Sequence record: SRR20825019_2588
Length of the DNA stretch: 64,000 nucleotides
Strand: one strand, 5' to 3'
Made by a program: the position numbers and the translations under genes. Every line of letters begins with the position of its first letter. Position 1 is the stretch's first letter. Of this stretch, positions 31,600 to 39,895 are shown one piece after another. The notes under the pieces are model-generated. The model saw nothing but the letters and a program-made list of their open reading frames with translations, made no database searches and was not told the origin of the DNA.

Positions 31600-32202
31600 A
31601 TGGAAAGAGGATATTGGATCAGAAGCAAACCCTTGTATGACTCACTGGTCTGGAAGCAACAGGCGACTGGTCATGTCGTTATCGCCCAGGGCGAAGGCGG
31701 GATTGCGGTACTGAAATTATTTCAACAAATGTGTCCCCGTGAACCAATCAAGTTGTTGTTTGCTGATGATGATGCTGCAACCAGAAAATACGCTGACATT
31801 ATTCAGTCACTGGTGCCGGAAGGTTTGCAGATTTGTGAGTCGGAAAAGGATGTTCTGGCCGAGCTCAGAAAGCAGTTACCTGACTGTCTGATGGGAACAC
31901 AGTTTTATGTCGCCGGCAGTGAAGCCTTTATCTGGGCGGTGATGGACGAACTGAAAGTCTATGGCGTGCAGGACAGAAACGTCGAGAAAGAGCTGAGTGG
32001 GACCCTGGCACGCTCAGTCTACTGCGTGCATTGCAAGACAACAGATAAAAACGTCCACCACAGCATTCACCAATGCAGTGGCTGTGGTCGTCACCTGTTT
32101 GTCCGTGATCACTTTTCCCGCAGGCTGGGCGCTTATATGGGCGTCATGGTCGATGCTGAGGAGCCGGGCAATATTCCGGCAGCAGAGGAGATTTATCCAT
32201 GA
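31600..32202 (+). CDS. dmmA: Dimethylamine monooxygenase subunit DmmA
   Basis: IRSKP.Y, YVAGSE.F.W, C-terminal CVHC..CSGC..LFVRDHFSRRL; ATG 31600 with GAGG RBS. Confidence 0.85.
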   Translation: MERGYWIRSKPLYDSLVWKQQATGHVVIAQGEGGIAVLKLFQQMCPREPIKLLFADDDAATRKYADIIQSLVPEGLQICESEKDVLAELRKQLPDCLMGTQFYVAGSEAFIWAVMDELKVYGVQDRNVEKELSGTLARSVYCVHCKTTDKNVHHSIHQCSGCGRHLFVRDHFSRRLGAYMGVMVDAEEPGNIPAAEEIYP

Positions 32203-33152
32203 GTATTTTGAATGTCAAAGTGGCTGAGGTGGAACAGGTGACCGATGTGGTCAAACACTTCACCCTGGTCCAGGAAAACGGTGAACCTTTACCGCGCTTT
32301 TCCGGAGGCAGTCATGTGGTGGTGTCGATGAATATCAATGGCCGTATCCACCGTAATCCTTACTCTTTGATGGGCTCGACTGCCAATACCGAGAGTTACC
32401 ATATTTCTGTCCGTAAGCAGGAAAACTCGCGCGGTGGCTCGGTATTCATGCATGAACAGGTCAAGCCTGGCGCCAGTCTGCAGATCACTTACCCGACAAA
32501 TCTGTTTGCGATTTCCAAAATGGGCCGTCGACACATTCTGATTGCCGGTGGTATCGGTATTACCCCGTTTATGTCGCAAATCTCGGATTTGAACCGACTG
32601 GGCTACGACTATGAACTGCATTATGCCTATCGTTCGCCAGAGAATGCGGCCTTCCGTGAACAGCTTGAAGCCATGTGCGGCGATCGCGTTCATTTCTACA
32701 TCGACAGTGAAGGCGAGCGACTGGATATTCCGGAATTACTTCGTCACCAGCCGCTGGGCACCCATGTTTACACCTGCGGGCCTGAACCGATGGTGAAAGC
32801 ATTGCATCTGCATGCCAAAAATCTGGGCTGGCCCGACAATCACGTTCACAGCGAAGAGTTTACCGCGCCGCCTTCGGGTGATGAGTTCACGGTTGAGCTG
32901 GCATTGAGCGGTATGGAAGTGACCGTGTCTGGCGATATGAGCATGCTGGAAGCCATGGAGGAAGCCGGTGCCGAGCCACCGTTCCTGTGCCGTGGCGGTG
33001 CCTGCGGCCGGTGTGAACTGGAAGTGGTTTCCTGCGACGGCGTCATTATGCATAACGACCATTATCTGTCCGACCACGAAAAATCCGAGGGCAGGAGCAT
33101 CATGCCGTGTGTATCACGTGCCAAGTGCTCAAAACTGGTGGTCAACCTTTGA
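32199..33152 (+). CDS. dmmB: Dimethylamine monooxygenase reductase subunit (PDR/VanB family, flavin + 2Fe-2S)
   Basis: NPYSL, SRGGS, AGGIGITP, YTCGP, CRGGACGRC..C. Confidence 0.88.
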   Translation: MSILNVKVAEVEQVTDVVKHFTLVQENGEPLPRFSGGSHVVVSMNINGRIHRNPYSLMGSTANTESYHISVRKQENSRGGSVFMHEQVKPGASLQITYPTNLFAISKMGRRHILIAGGIGITPFMSQISDLNRLGYDYELHYAYRSPENAAFREQLEAMCGDRVHFYIDSEGERLDIPELLRHQPLGTHVYTCGPEPMVKALHLHAKNLGWPDNHVHSEEFTAPPSGDEFTVELALSGMEVTVSGDMSMLEAMEEAGAEPPFLCRGGACGRCELEVVSCDGVIMHNDHYLSDHEKSEGRSIMPCVSRAKCSKLVVNL

Positions 33153-33159
33153 GGAATAA

Positions 33160-34215
33160 GTGATGAATATGGCTAAAAATATCGCATTTAAACAAGAAAC
33201 TTTCCGCGACGACTATACCTACAGCAACTCTGCAGAAGCGATTCGTCGTTTCCCGTTCCCGTTTGCTGAAGATGAATACATGTACAGCGTCAATATTGAA
33301 CAACATGACGGCGGTGCACCAGGTTCCGTATTTGAGCATGCTATCGATATTGATGAACACTACGTGGCGGAATGTGAAGACAGACGCATCACGCTGGAAA
33401 AAGACCCCGGCCGCTATATCGCATTGCCACATATGATGGATGCGCAGTGGGATATGGTGGAATTGGTGATGGAATCGCTTTCCACCGATTACCCGGACTT
33501 ATTCCAGCTGAGCAAAGATGGTGACAACTGGCACTGGATTAATAAGCCATTAAACATCGACCAAAAGTTCGTGTTTGGTGACGAGTCCACACTGCCTATG
33601 GATCCGTTTGAGTATGTTGGTCGTCAGGTTCAGGGCGACTGGGTGGTGATGGATCAACGTGATGATGATCTGTTTGCCGATATGGGTATTATCACCAGCC
33701 AGGCCGACTGGTCGCTGGCATTTGATGCCGGAATGTCTTTCAAAGAATGGCATGGTCCCGTACCACAGGCGAATGAACTGGGTATTTTCGATCGGGCGTT
33801 GAAATATCTGCTGCATTTGCAGTACGGCAGTCCTGTTCGACGCCTCAACTGGACTATGACCGTCAACCCGCGTCTGGATACCTCTCCGGAAGAATATCCC
33901 TTGTGGGGACCGGATAATGTCTCAGTCACCGCAGATAACGTGGGTCAAAAAGTGCATCTTCGTGTGGAGTTGCAGGCTTTGTTCAGGTTGCCTCGCAGTA
34001 ATGCGATGGCCTTCAGTATCCGTGGATATCTGGCCAGCATTGACGACTTAAAAACCTATCCACGCTGGGCTAAACGTCTGCGCCGGGTTCTCACCAATCT
34101 GCATCCCGACTTATCTGAATACAAAGGGCTGGATAGCTATCGGCAACTGGTTATCGATTATCTGGCACCGATGGATGATGGCGCGGATCTTGGGTTGGGA
34201 ACACATCCCGAATAA
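33160..34215 (+). CDS. dmmC: Dimethylamine monooxygenase heme subunit (DUF3445)
   Basis: RFPFPF..D.YMYSVN, ADWSL.FD.GM.F.EWHGPVP, RRLNW, LRVELQ.L.RLPRS. Confidence 0.88.
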   Translation: MMNMAKNIAFKQETFRDDYTYSNSAEAIRRFPFPFAEDEYMYSVNIEQHDGGAPGSVFEHAIDIDEHYVAECEDRRITLEKDPGRYIALPHMMDAQWDMVELVMESLSTDYPDLFQLSKDGDNWHWINKPLNIDQKFVFGDESTLPMDPFEYVGRQVQGDWVVMDQRDDDLFADMGIITSQADWSLAFDAGMSFKEWHGPVPQANELGIFDRALKYLLHLQYGSPVRRLNWTMTVNPRLDTSPEEYPLWGPDNVSVTADNVGQKVHLRVELQALFRLPRSNAMAFSIRGYLASIDDLKTYPRWAKRLRRVLTNLHPDLSEYKGLDSYRQLVIDYLAPMDDGADLGLGTHPE

Positions 34216-34283
34216 ACACCAAACAGAACGATGAAGTTGTAGTCAGGGGTAAATATTCACCAACCAAGAGGAAGGATTTAAGA

Positions 34284-35051
34284 ATGAAAAAATTATTAAC
34301 AATGATGGCTTTGGCGGGGACTGCAGTCACTGCCAATACCGCGGTTCATGCTGAAGAAGTTTCACCACACAGCTTCAGCTCCAATGTCGGCCTGTTCAGT
34401 TCCTATGTGTTCCGTGGCATTGACTATAGTGATGAAGATGTCGCTTTACAGGGCGGTTTTGACTATGCGCATGCCAGTGGCTGGTATGCGGGCGTGTGGG
34501 CGTCGACGCTGGAAGAGGATCTTAACGTCGGTAACAGCATTGAAGTCGATTTCTATGGCGGTTATTACCATCAGTTCACAGAAGACTTTGCTGTGGATGT
34601 GGGTCTGCTGCAGTTTTACTATCCGGACCGTGAAAAGTACAACGGAGAGGATTTTGATACAACCGAAGCTTATGTTGCTGCGACTTGGAAATGGTTTACC
34701 GCCAAATACAGCCGCACACTGACAGACTGGGGCGGCATCAATAATAAATCTGCCGGCATCGATGGCTATGCTAACGGTGACACAAAAGGTACGGGTTATT
34801 ATGAGCTGAACTTTGACTATGGCCTGCCGATGGGAATTAACTTTACTGCCCATGTGGGTCGTCTGGATGTTGAAAATTATAGCGACTTTGATTACACGGA
34901 TTACCTGATCGGCCTGAGCAAGGACTTTTCACTTGCCGGTTCGGAAGGCTGGACCGTGGGTGTGAATTATACCGACACCAATGCTGATGAAGATTGGTGG
35001 GGTGATCGCGGTGATGACCAGTTTATCGCCTATATCTCCCGCAGTTTCTAA
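34284..35051 (+). CDS. TorF-family (TIGR02001-like) putative outer-membrane porin
   Basis: Signal peptide; S.YVFRGI, ALQGGFDY.H.SGWYAGVWAS, EVDFYGGY; C-terminal Phe. Confidence 0.85.
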   Translation: MKKLLTMMALAGTAVTANTAVHAEEVSPHSFSSNVGLFSSYVFRGIDYSDEDVALQGGFDYAHASGWYAGVWASTLEEDLNVGNSIEVDFYGGYYHQFTEDFAVDVGLLQFYYPDREKYNGEDFDTTEAYVAATWKWFTAKYSRTLTDWGGINNKSAGIDGYANGDTKGTGYYELNFDYGLPMGINFTAHVGRLDVENYSDFDYTDYLIGLSKDFSLAGSEGWTVGVNYTDTNADEDWWGDRGDDQFIAYISRSF

Positions 35052-35066
35052 TCAGATTGACTGCTG

Positions 35067-35097
35067 AAAAGGAGTCACATGGTGACTCCTTTTTTTT
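35067..35097. terminator. Bidirectional terminator
   Basis: AAAA-GGAGTCAC-ATG-GTGACTCC-T8 between convergent genes. Confidence 0.85.
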
Positions 35098-35134
35098 GTC
35101 TGCAGTCTGGCCTCACTGTCCAGGACAGCGCTTT

Positions 35135-36532
35135 TTATATTGTTGTGTGGTCATTGATGACTTGCTCAAGGCCATGCTGAAGTGCCGAATAATCATCATT
35201 AGTCAGATCGATGATCACGCCTTCCAGGGTTAACAGTTCGTCACTGCCGGAAAAGATGCCTTTGCCCCGTTCCATGACCCATTTCACCTTATTGCTGCGG
35301 GTCAGAATACGGTAAATAATCTGGAAGCTGCGCTGTTTATTGATCTGGCTCTGAACATGCTCCCAGACACGTTGCTGATCGTCAGGGTAGATAAGCTGCA
35401 TATAGTTGAAGTGCAGCGAGTTAGTGATTTCATAGGGCTGGTATTCAGTGACTTCGAGACAACCTTCACTGACGAAGTCAAAGGTCCAGTTACGGTCATT
35501 TTTACAACGATAGAGCATGCAGGGGATATTGGGCATGATCATATCCGTGGCAGTGCGGGCATTGGCACGCAAACCGGCAGAAGTGAGTTTCATACGGCTG
35601 ATATCGGTCAGTGTGCCGATGATGCTGGTCCGCTCACCTTTGAGTCTGGAGGTGGTGGAGGCGCGCATTTCGAACCATTGAGACCGGCCGTTTTTGGCGA
35701 TCAGTCGCAGCTCGAATTGGCACTGCTGACGTTTACCCTCGGTGAGCGCATTGAGTCGGGCTTCGGCCAATGGGATGTCTTCCGGATGGATATATGAGAA
35801 TAAGGGTTTGTTCAGGCTTTCTTCGGGGCCGTAGTCGAGTAAGCGTTGCCAGGCGGGGTTGAGGAAAATGAAAGCCTGATCGACATCAATCTGAAACACC
35901 ACCTGTTCAATGCGATCAATCAGCGTGTGGTAAGTCAGCTCTTCGGCAGCGGTTTGTGAGGCGGGCTCAAGTGAACTGGTGGTGGTAAATTGCAGCAGAA
36001 ACTGATTCGTGGCCTCAGCAGCAGCCAGAGGAGATAATGACATATGAACGGGGATTGTCGTACCATCAACATAAAGCATCCTGATCACCATGGTCTCGGT
36101 GGAAGCCTGGTCACTCTGTTCACTGAACAAATCGGTCAACACCTGATGGCTGCTGGGGTGAACCAGATTGGTCAGGGGCATATCCGTGATGAAGTCACGC
36201 ATACCACTCATGCCCAGTTCTTTGAGAAAGGCATTATTGGCAAATTTGATGCTGTAGCCTTCGACCACCGCGGCCGGTGTCGACAGTTTGGTAGAAATAT
36301 CATGCCCCCAGCCAACGTGATCCAGCTTGCTGGGCTGGTTAGCGCTGAGGCTGCGCCGTTGAACCCTGGGATAAATATTGATGATTAGCAGTGCCGACAG
36401 AAACACAGCAAGCACCGATGCCAGCATCGACACATGGACTTTGAAAGGTGCGGTGCTATCCCACCAGAAGCCGAAAACCATCGCAAAAATGCCGCTAAGC
36501 ATGACGAGACAAAATAGTAATAAGGTCATCAC
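35135..36532 (-). CDS. Membrane-anchored triple-PAS protein with no output domain
   Basis: Two N-terminal TMs; PAS motifs (FANNAF..LVHP; FLNPAW..IHPED..W.E; FVSEG..IYPDD..YRI..KWV.E.G); ends shortly after the last PAS. Confidence 0.85.
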   Translation of the reverse strand: MMTLLLFCLVMLSGIFAMVFGFWWDSTAPFKVHVSMLASVLAVFLSALLIINIYPRVQRRSLSANQPSKLDHVGWGHDISTKLSTPAAVVEGYSIKFANNAFLKELGMSGMRDFITDMPLTNLVHPSSHQVLTDLFSEQSDQASTETMVIRMLYVDGTTIPVHMSLSPLAAAEATNQFLLQFTTTSSLEPASQTAAEELTYHTLIDRIEQVVFQIDVDQAFIFLNPAWQRLLDYGPEESLNKPLFSYIHPEDIPLAEARLNALTEGKRQQCQFELRLIAKNGRSQWFEMRASTTSRLKGERTSIIGTLTDISRMKLTSAGLRANARTATDMIMPNIPCMLYRCKNDRNWTFDFVSEGCLEVTEYQPYEITNSLHFNYMQLIYPDDQQRVWEHVQSQINKQRSFQIIYRILTRSNKVKWVMERGKGIFSGSDELLTLEGVIIDLTNDDYSALQHGLEQVINDHTTI

Positions 36533-36577
36533 GATTACCTTTCATTTCAGACCTTGGTCAGAAGAGCGCAATTAGTC

Positions 36578-38401
36578 ATGGCGGCAAAGCGAAATATTAT
36601 TCTCAGTTTCCTGAACAGCTTCAGCCGGCGGGCACTCTATGCCAAGTTGATTATGTTGTTACTGTGTGTCGCCACCAGCATTTTGTTGATGCAGGCGGGC
36701 ACCATCTTTCTGCTAGATTATATCCCTTCAAGCCAGTCAGCCATAAACAAAATCAACGAACAGAAGCTTTACTGGCACAGGCAACTCTCCCATGTTCAGG
36801 CGATACAGTTACAGGAAGCCAGTGCGACTTTTAAGTCAATGCAGCGACACTTTCTGGATACAGCGGATCCCGAAGTGCTATGGATGCTACGTCAGGACAA
36901 CCCGGAAGTGGTGGCGGCAGTCCACAAAGTAGAGCGTGAGCAGAAAAACTTTATTGATGTGGCCCAGTTTAATCTGCGGGTGACCGCGCAGTTACGCGTC
37001 GCTGAGCGGGTAGCCAGTGCCTACGATGAACTCGAAACTGCGCTGCATAACGACAGCAAAATCAAACAATCCATCATCGGCTTGCTGCAGGCTATCAGCC
37101 TGATTTTTGTGCTCAGTTGCATTCTGGTGCTGGCTGTCAGTGCCAGGAAATTGCTGGTAGAGCGTATCGATAATTTATTGGGCTTCATTCACCTAAAAAC
37201 CGGCGAAAAGCCTGAACGACGTGCTGTAGATGAGTTTGCTGAACTGGAACACCGCGTTTCTGAACTTTCTGCACAGATGGAAAGTTATGAATCAGAAGTC
37301 ACCTGGGCTCACCGAACCAGTGAACACATGCGGGTGTTGATTCGCGCCCAGGACTTTCTGCTTCAATTCATTGAAACCGCCAGTGAGGATGTACTCAGTG
37401 AACGCACCTTATTGAAATTCCTGTATTCACTGGAACGTACCATGAACTTCGCTAATGCGGCACTGATATACACTGATGATGCCGCTGTGATTGCCAGGGA
37501 ACGTATTATCTTTTCCCACCATAAACCGCCAGTCCTGAGTAATCAGATCTTCGATGAATTAATGCAGTCCGGCGTGACGACCTTTGACTATCGATCTGCA
37601 GACGATGATCAACTGAGTTGTCTGGGCGTGACTTTCTCGGGTGTCAGTAACGGCATTGGTGTGTTGCTGGTTGAAATGGAGCAGGGACGGTTTCTGGAAG
37701 ACTCTGAAATAAGAGTGTTGGAAATTACCGCTCGTTTGCTGGCCATGACAGCCAAGTATCAGAGTCATGATGAAGAGGGCAGGCGACTCGCGGTGCTCGA
37801 AGAACGGGCTTCGATTGCACGTGAATTGCATGACTCACTGGCGCAGTCACTGTCGTTCATGAAAATACAGGTGGCGCGTTTACAGTCCAAAACCAATGAC
37901 AGTGAACTGGCTCCGGTAGTACAGGAGTTGCGGGAAGGGCTGGACAATGCCTATCGTGAATTGCGCGAGCTGCTGACCACGTTTCGGGTTCATATGGATC
38001 TGCGAGGGCTGGGCTACGCCATCCAGGCGACAATTGATGAGTTCTCGCAGCGTTCGCAACTGAATATCAGTTTTGATAACCGCCTGGTCAATTGTCGTCT
38101 GACCGTCAACGAAGAATTTCATATCCTGCACGTGGTGCGTGAAGCCCTGTCGAATATTGTTCGCCACTCCGGGGCAAAGAATGTCACGATATTGATGCAG
38201 CTACAGGCCAGTGGTGAGGTCGAATTGATAATTGATGATGATGGTGTGGGTTACACACCGGCATCGAGCACCTATGATCACCATGGACAGGTGATAATGA
38301 AAGAGCGGGCCCAGTCGCTGGGCGGTGAGGTCGAGGTTATGGCAAGGCGGTATGGCGGCACGCGAGTGCACCTGTATTTCATGCCGAAATTAGCACAATA
38401 A
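36578..38401 (+). CDS. NarX/NarQ-like sensor histidine kinase (HisKA_3) with a degenerate P-box
   Basis: Two TMs, HAMP/GAF-like region, ERASIARELHDSLAQSLS, REALSNIVRHS, DDGVG, HG..IMKERA; P-box region reads AINKINEQKLYWHR. Confidence 0.88.
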   Translation: MAAKRNIILSFLNSFSRRALYAKLIMLLLCVATSILLMQAGTIFLLDYIPSSQSAINKINEQKLYWHRQLSHVQAIQLQEASATFKSMQRHFLDTADPEVLWMLRQDNPEVVAAVHKVEREQKNFIDVAQFNLRVTAQLRVAERVASAYDELETALHNDSKIKQSIIGLLQAISLIFVLSCILVLAVSARKLLVERIDNLLGFIHLKTGEKPERRAVDEFAELEHRVSELSAQMESYESEVTWAHRTSEHMRVLIRAQDFLLQFIETASEDVLSERTLLKFLYSLERTMNFANAALIYTDDAAVIARERIIFSHHKPPVLSNQIFDELMQSGVTTFDYRSADDDQLSCLGVTFSGVSNGIGVLLVEMEQGRFLEDSEIRVLEITARLLAMTAKYQSHDEEGRRLAVLEERASIARELHDSLAQSLSFMKIQVARLQSKTNDSELAPVVQELREGLDNAYRELRELLTTFRVHMDLRGLGYAIQATIDEFSQRSQLNISFDNRLVNCRLTVNEEFHILHVVREALSNIVRHSGAKNVTILMQLQASGEVELIIDDDGVGYTPASSTYDHHGQVIMKERAQSLGGEVEVMARRYGGTRVHLYFMPKLAQ

Positions 38402-38429
38402 TAAAAGTCAGATTTTTGAGATAAATATC

Positions 38430-39068
38430 ATGCATAACATCATAAGAGTATTGATAATCGATGATCACCCTTTATTCAGAAAAGGGGTGAGTCAGATTAT
38501 TTCGGATGACCCCAATTTTGAAGTGGTGGGTGAGGCGGCTTCGGGCCAGGAAGGACTGGATCTGGGAGAGGAGCTACAACCCGATCTGGTTCTGCTGGAC
38601 TTGAATATGAAAGGGATGGACGGTCTGGAAACCCTGCGTCGTTTTAAACAGACCGACTTGCTGGCACGTTATGTCATTTTGACAGTGTCTGATTCTGAAG
38701 ACGACCTGATGGAGGCGCTGAAATCGGGGGCTGACGGTTATCTTCTCAAAGATATGGAACCGGAAGATCTTCGTGCCAACCTGATGAAAGCGTCTGTTGG
38801 TGTAACGGTATTACAGGACAGCCTGACCGATGTATTGAAAAAAGCGCTGACGGAACCTGATACCAAAGTGAGCGTGGCCTCCGCCGGCCTGACTGATCGT
38901 GAGAACGAGATTCTGGATTGTCTGGCTGAAGGAATGAATAATAAGAACATTGCCCGCAAGCTGGGTATCAGCGATACCACGGTGAAAGTGCATATCAAGA
39001 ATATTTTGAGAAAGCTGAATTTAACCAGCCGTCTGGAAGCGGCAGTGTGGAAACATCAACAGAAATAA
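38430..39068 (+). CDS. NarL-family response regulator (REC + LuxR HTH)
   Basis: IDDHPLFRKG, LLDLNM, GYLLKDMEP, LTDRE.EIL...ISDTTVKVHIK. Confidence 0.93.
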   Translation: MHNIIRVLIIDDHPLFRKGVSQIISDDPNFEVVGEAASGQEGLDLGEELQPDLVLLDLNMKGMDGLETLRRFKQTDLLARYVILTVSDSEDDLMEALKSGADGYLLKDMEPEDLRANLMKASVGVTVLQDSLTDVLKKALTEPDTKVSVASAGLTDRENEILDCLAEGMNNKNIARKLGISDTTVKVHIKNILRKLNLTSRLEAAVWKHQQK

Positions 39069-39112
39069 AAAAAGCGCCGGTAGCAAGGGGTACGATGCTA
39101 CCGGCGCTTTTT
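39067..39112. terminator. Bidirectional terminator
   Basis: A-run-GCGCCGGTAGCA-loop-TGCTACCGGCGC-T-run between convergent genes. Confidence 0.85.
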
Positions 39113-39135
39113 CGAGCCTTTCTTTGTTTTGTAGG

Positions 39136-39477
39136 TTACAGGGGGTTACGTTGGCCTACAAAAAAACCAGTCGCTTTGTTGGGGGTTTCAAAGGTAATGG
39201 TTTCGCCGTCGGCAAAATACAAAACGTCACCGACTTTGGCATTGACTTTCTGACCTGACTCATCAGTGATAATGAACTCACCGTCAACGATGATTTTCAT
39301 TTCTTCATAGTCATAGGTGTAAACCAGTGGTTTATCACTCTTATTGAGGTGGAAAAAACCGGCACACAAGGTTTTATCTTTACTATCAGAAACAACGGTA
39401 TCACCCAGCGTGGCATTGACACCTTCAATACCCATGGACGGTTGATCAGCTTTAATCGCTTGTTGTACATATTTCAT
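39136..39477 (-). CDS. EutQ-like cupin protein
   Basis: YTYDYEEMKIIVDGEF..D..G...AKVGDVLYF..G..ITF; AGGAGG RBS. Confidence 0.85.
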   Translation of the reverse strand: MKYVQQAIKADQPSMGIEGVNATLGDTVVSDSKDKTLCAGFFHLNKSDKPLVYTYDYEEMKIIVDGEFIITDESGQKVNAKVGDVLYFADGETITFETPNKATGFFVGQRNPL

Positions 39478-39515
39478 ATCTTACCTCCTAAAATTTGTGT
39501 CATAAGACAGGTGCT

Positions 39516-39574
39516 ATTAAATCTGCATTAATAGCGACCAACAATTATTAAGAAGGCTTACTCTTTTAGGGGTA
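39516..39574 (-). promoter_or_regulatory. 7-2-7 box plus sigma70 promoter of the cupin gene
   Basis: Minus strand: TACCCCT-AA-AAGAGTA, 14 bp, TTGTTG-N17-TTTAAT. Confidence 0.75.
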
Positions 39575-39785
39575 GTCAATGCTTTGATAGTGGCTTCTAG
39601 AATCTATTGACGCTAGATATTGGCAAACTGCGATAGTCAGTGATGAGGAAGCTAACTGATGCGCTTTTGCCAAAACCCAAAAGTTTGAACAAAGTCGATT
39701 TATGCGATTCACTATCTCGAATTCGCGCACCCAGTCTGAACATCACTATTCCTGAACCTGCTCCTGCACTTGGATTGGCTTACTG

Positions 39786-39845
39786 TACTCCCAAAGTGTT
39801 AATTACTAGTGGTAATAGACACTTATCTGAGGCAGGGCATAGATT
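39786..39845 (+). promoter_or_regulatory. 7-2-7 box plus sigma70 promoter of the Amt-family gene
   Basis: TACTCCC-AA-AGTGTTA, 14 bp, TAGACA-N18-TAGATT. Confidence 0.65.
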
Positions 39846-39895
39846 CGGGTTCAGCGGATGACTTCACATCCGTGATAACTATAAGGAATAGAGAT

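Noticed and set aside
36578-39068. Canonical nitrate-sensing narXL
   Set aside because: P-box is degenerate and no nitrate respiration genes are in the window; gene symbols withheld.
39809-39895. Extended N-terminus of the Amt ORF
   Set aside because: Overlaps the predicted promoter; ATG 39896 has a proper RBS.
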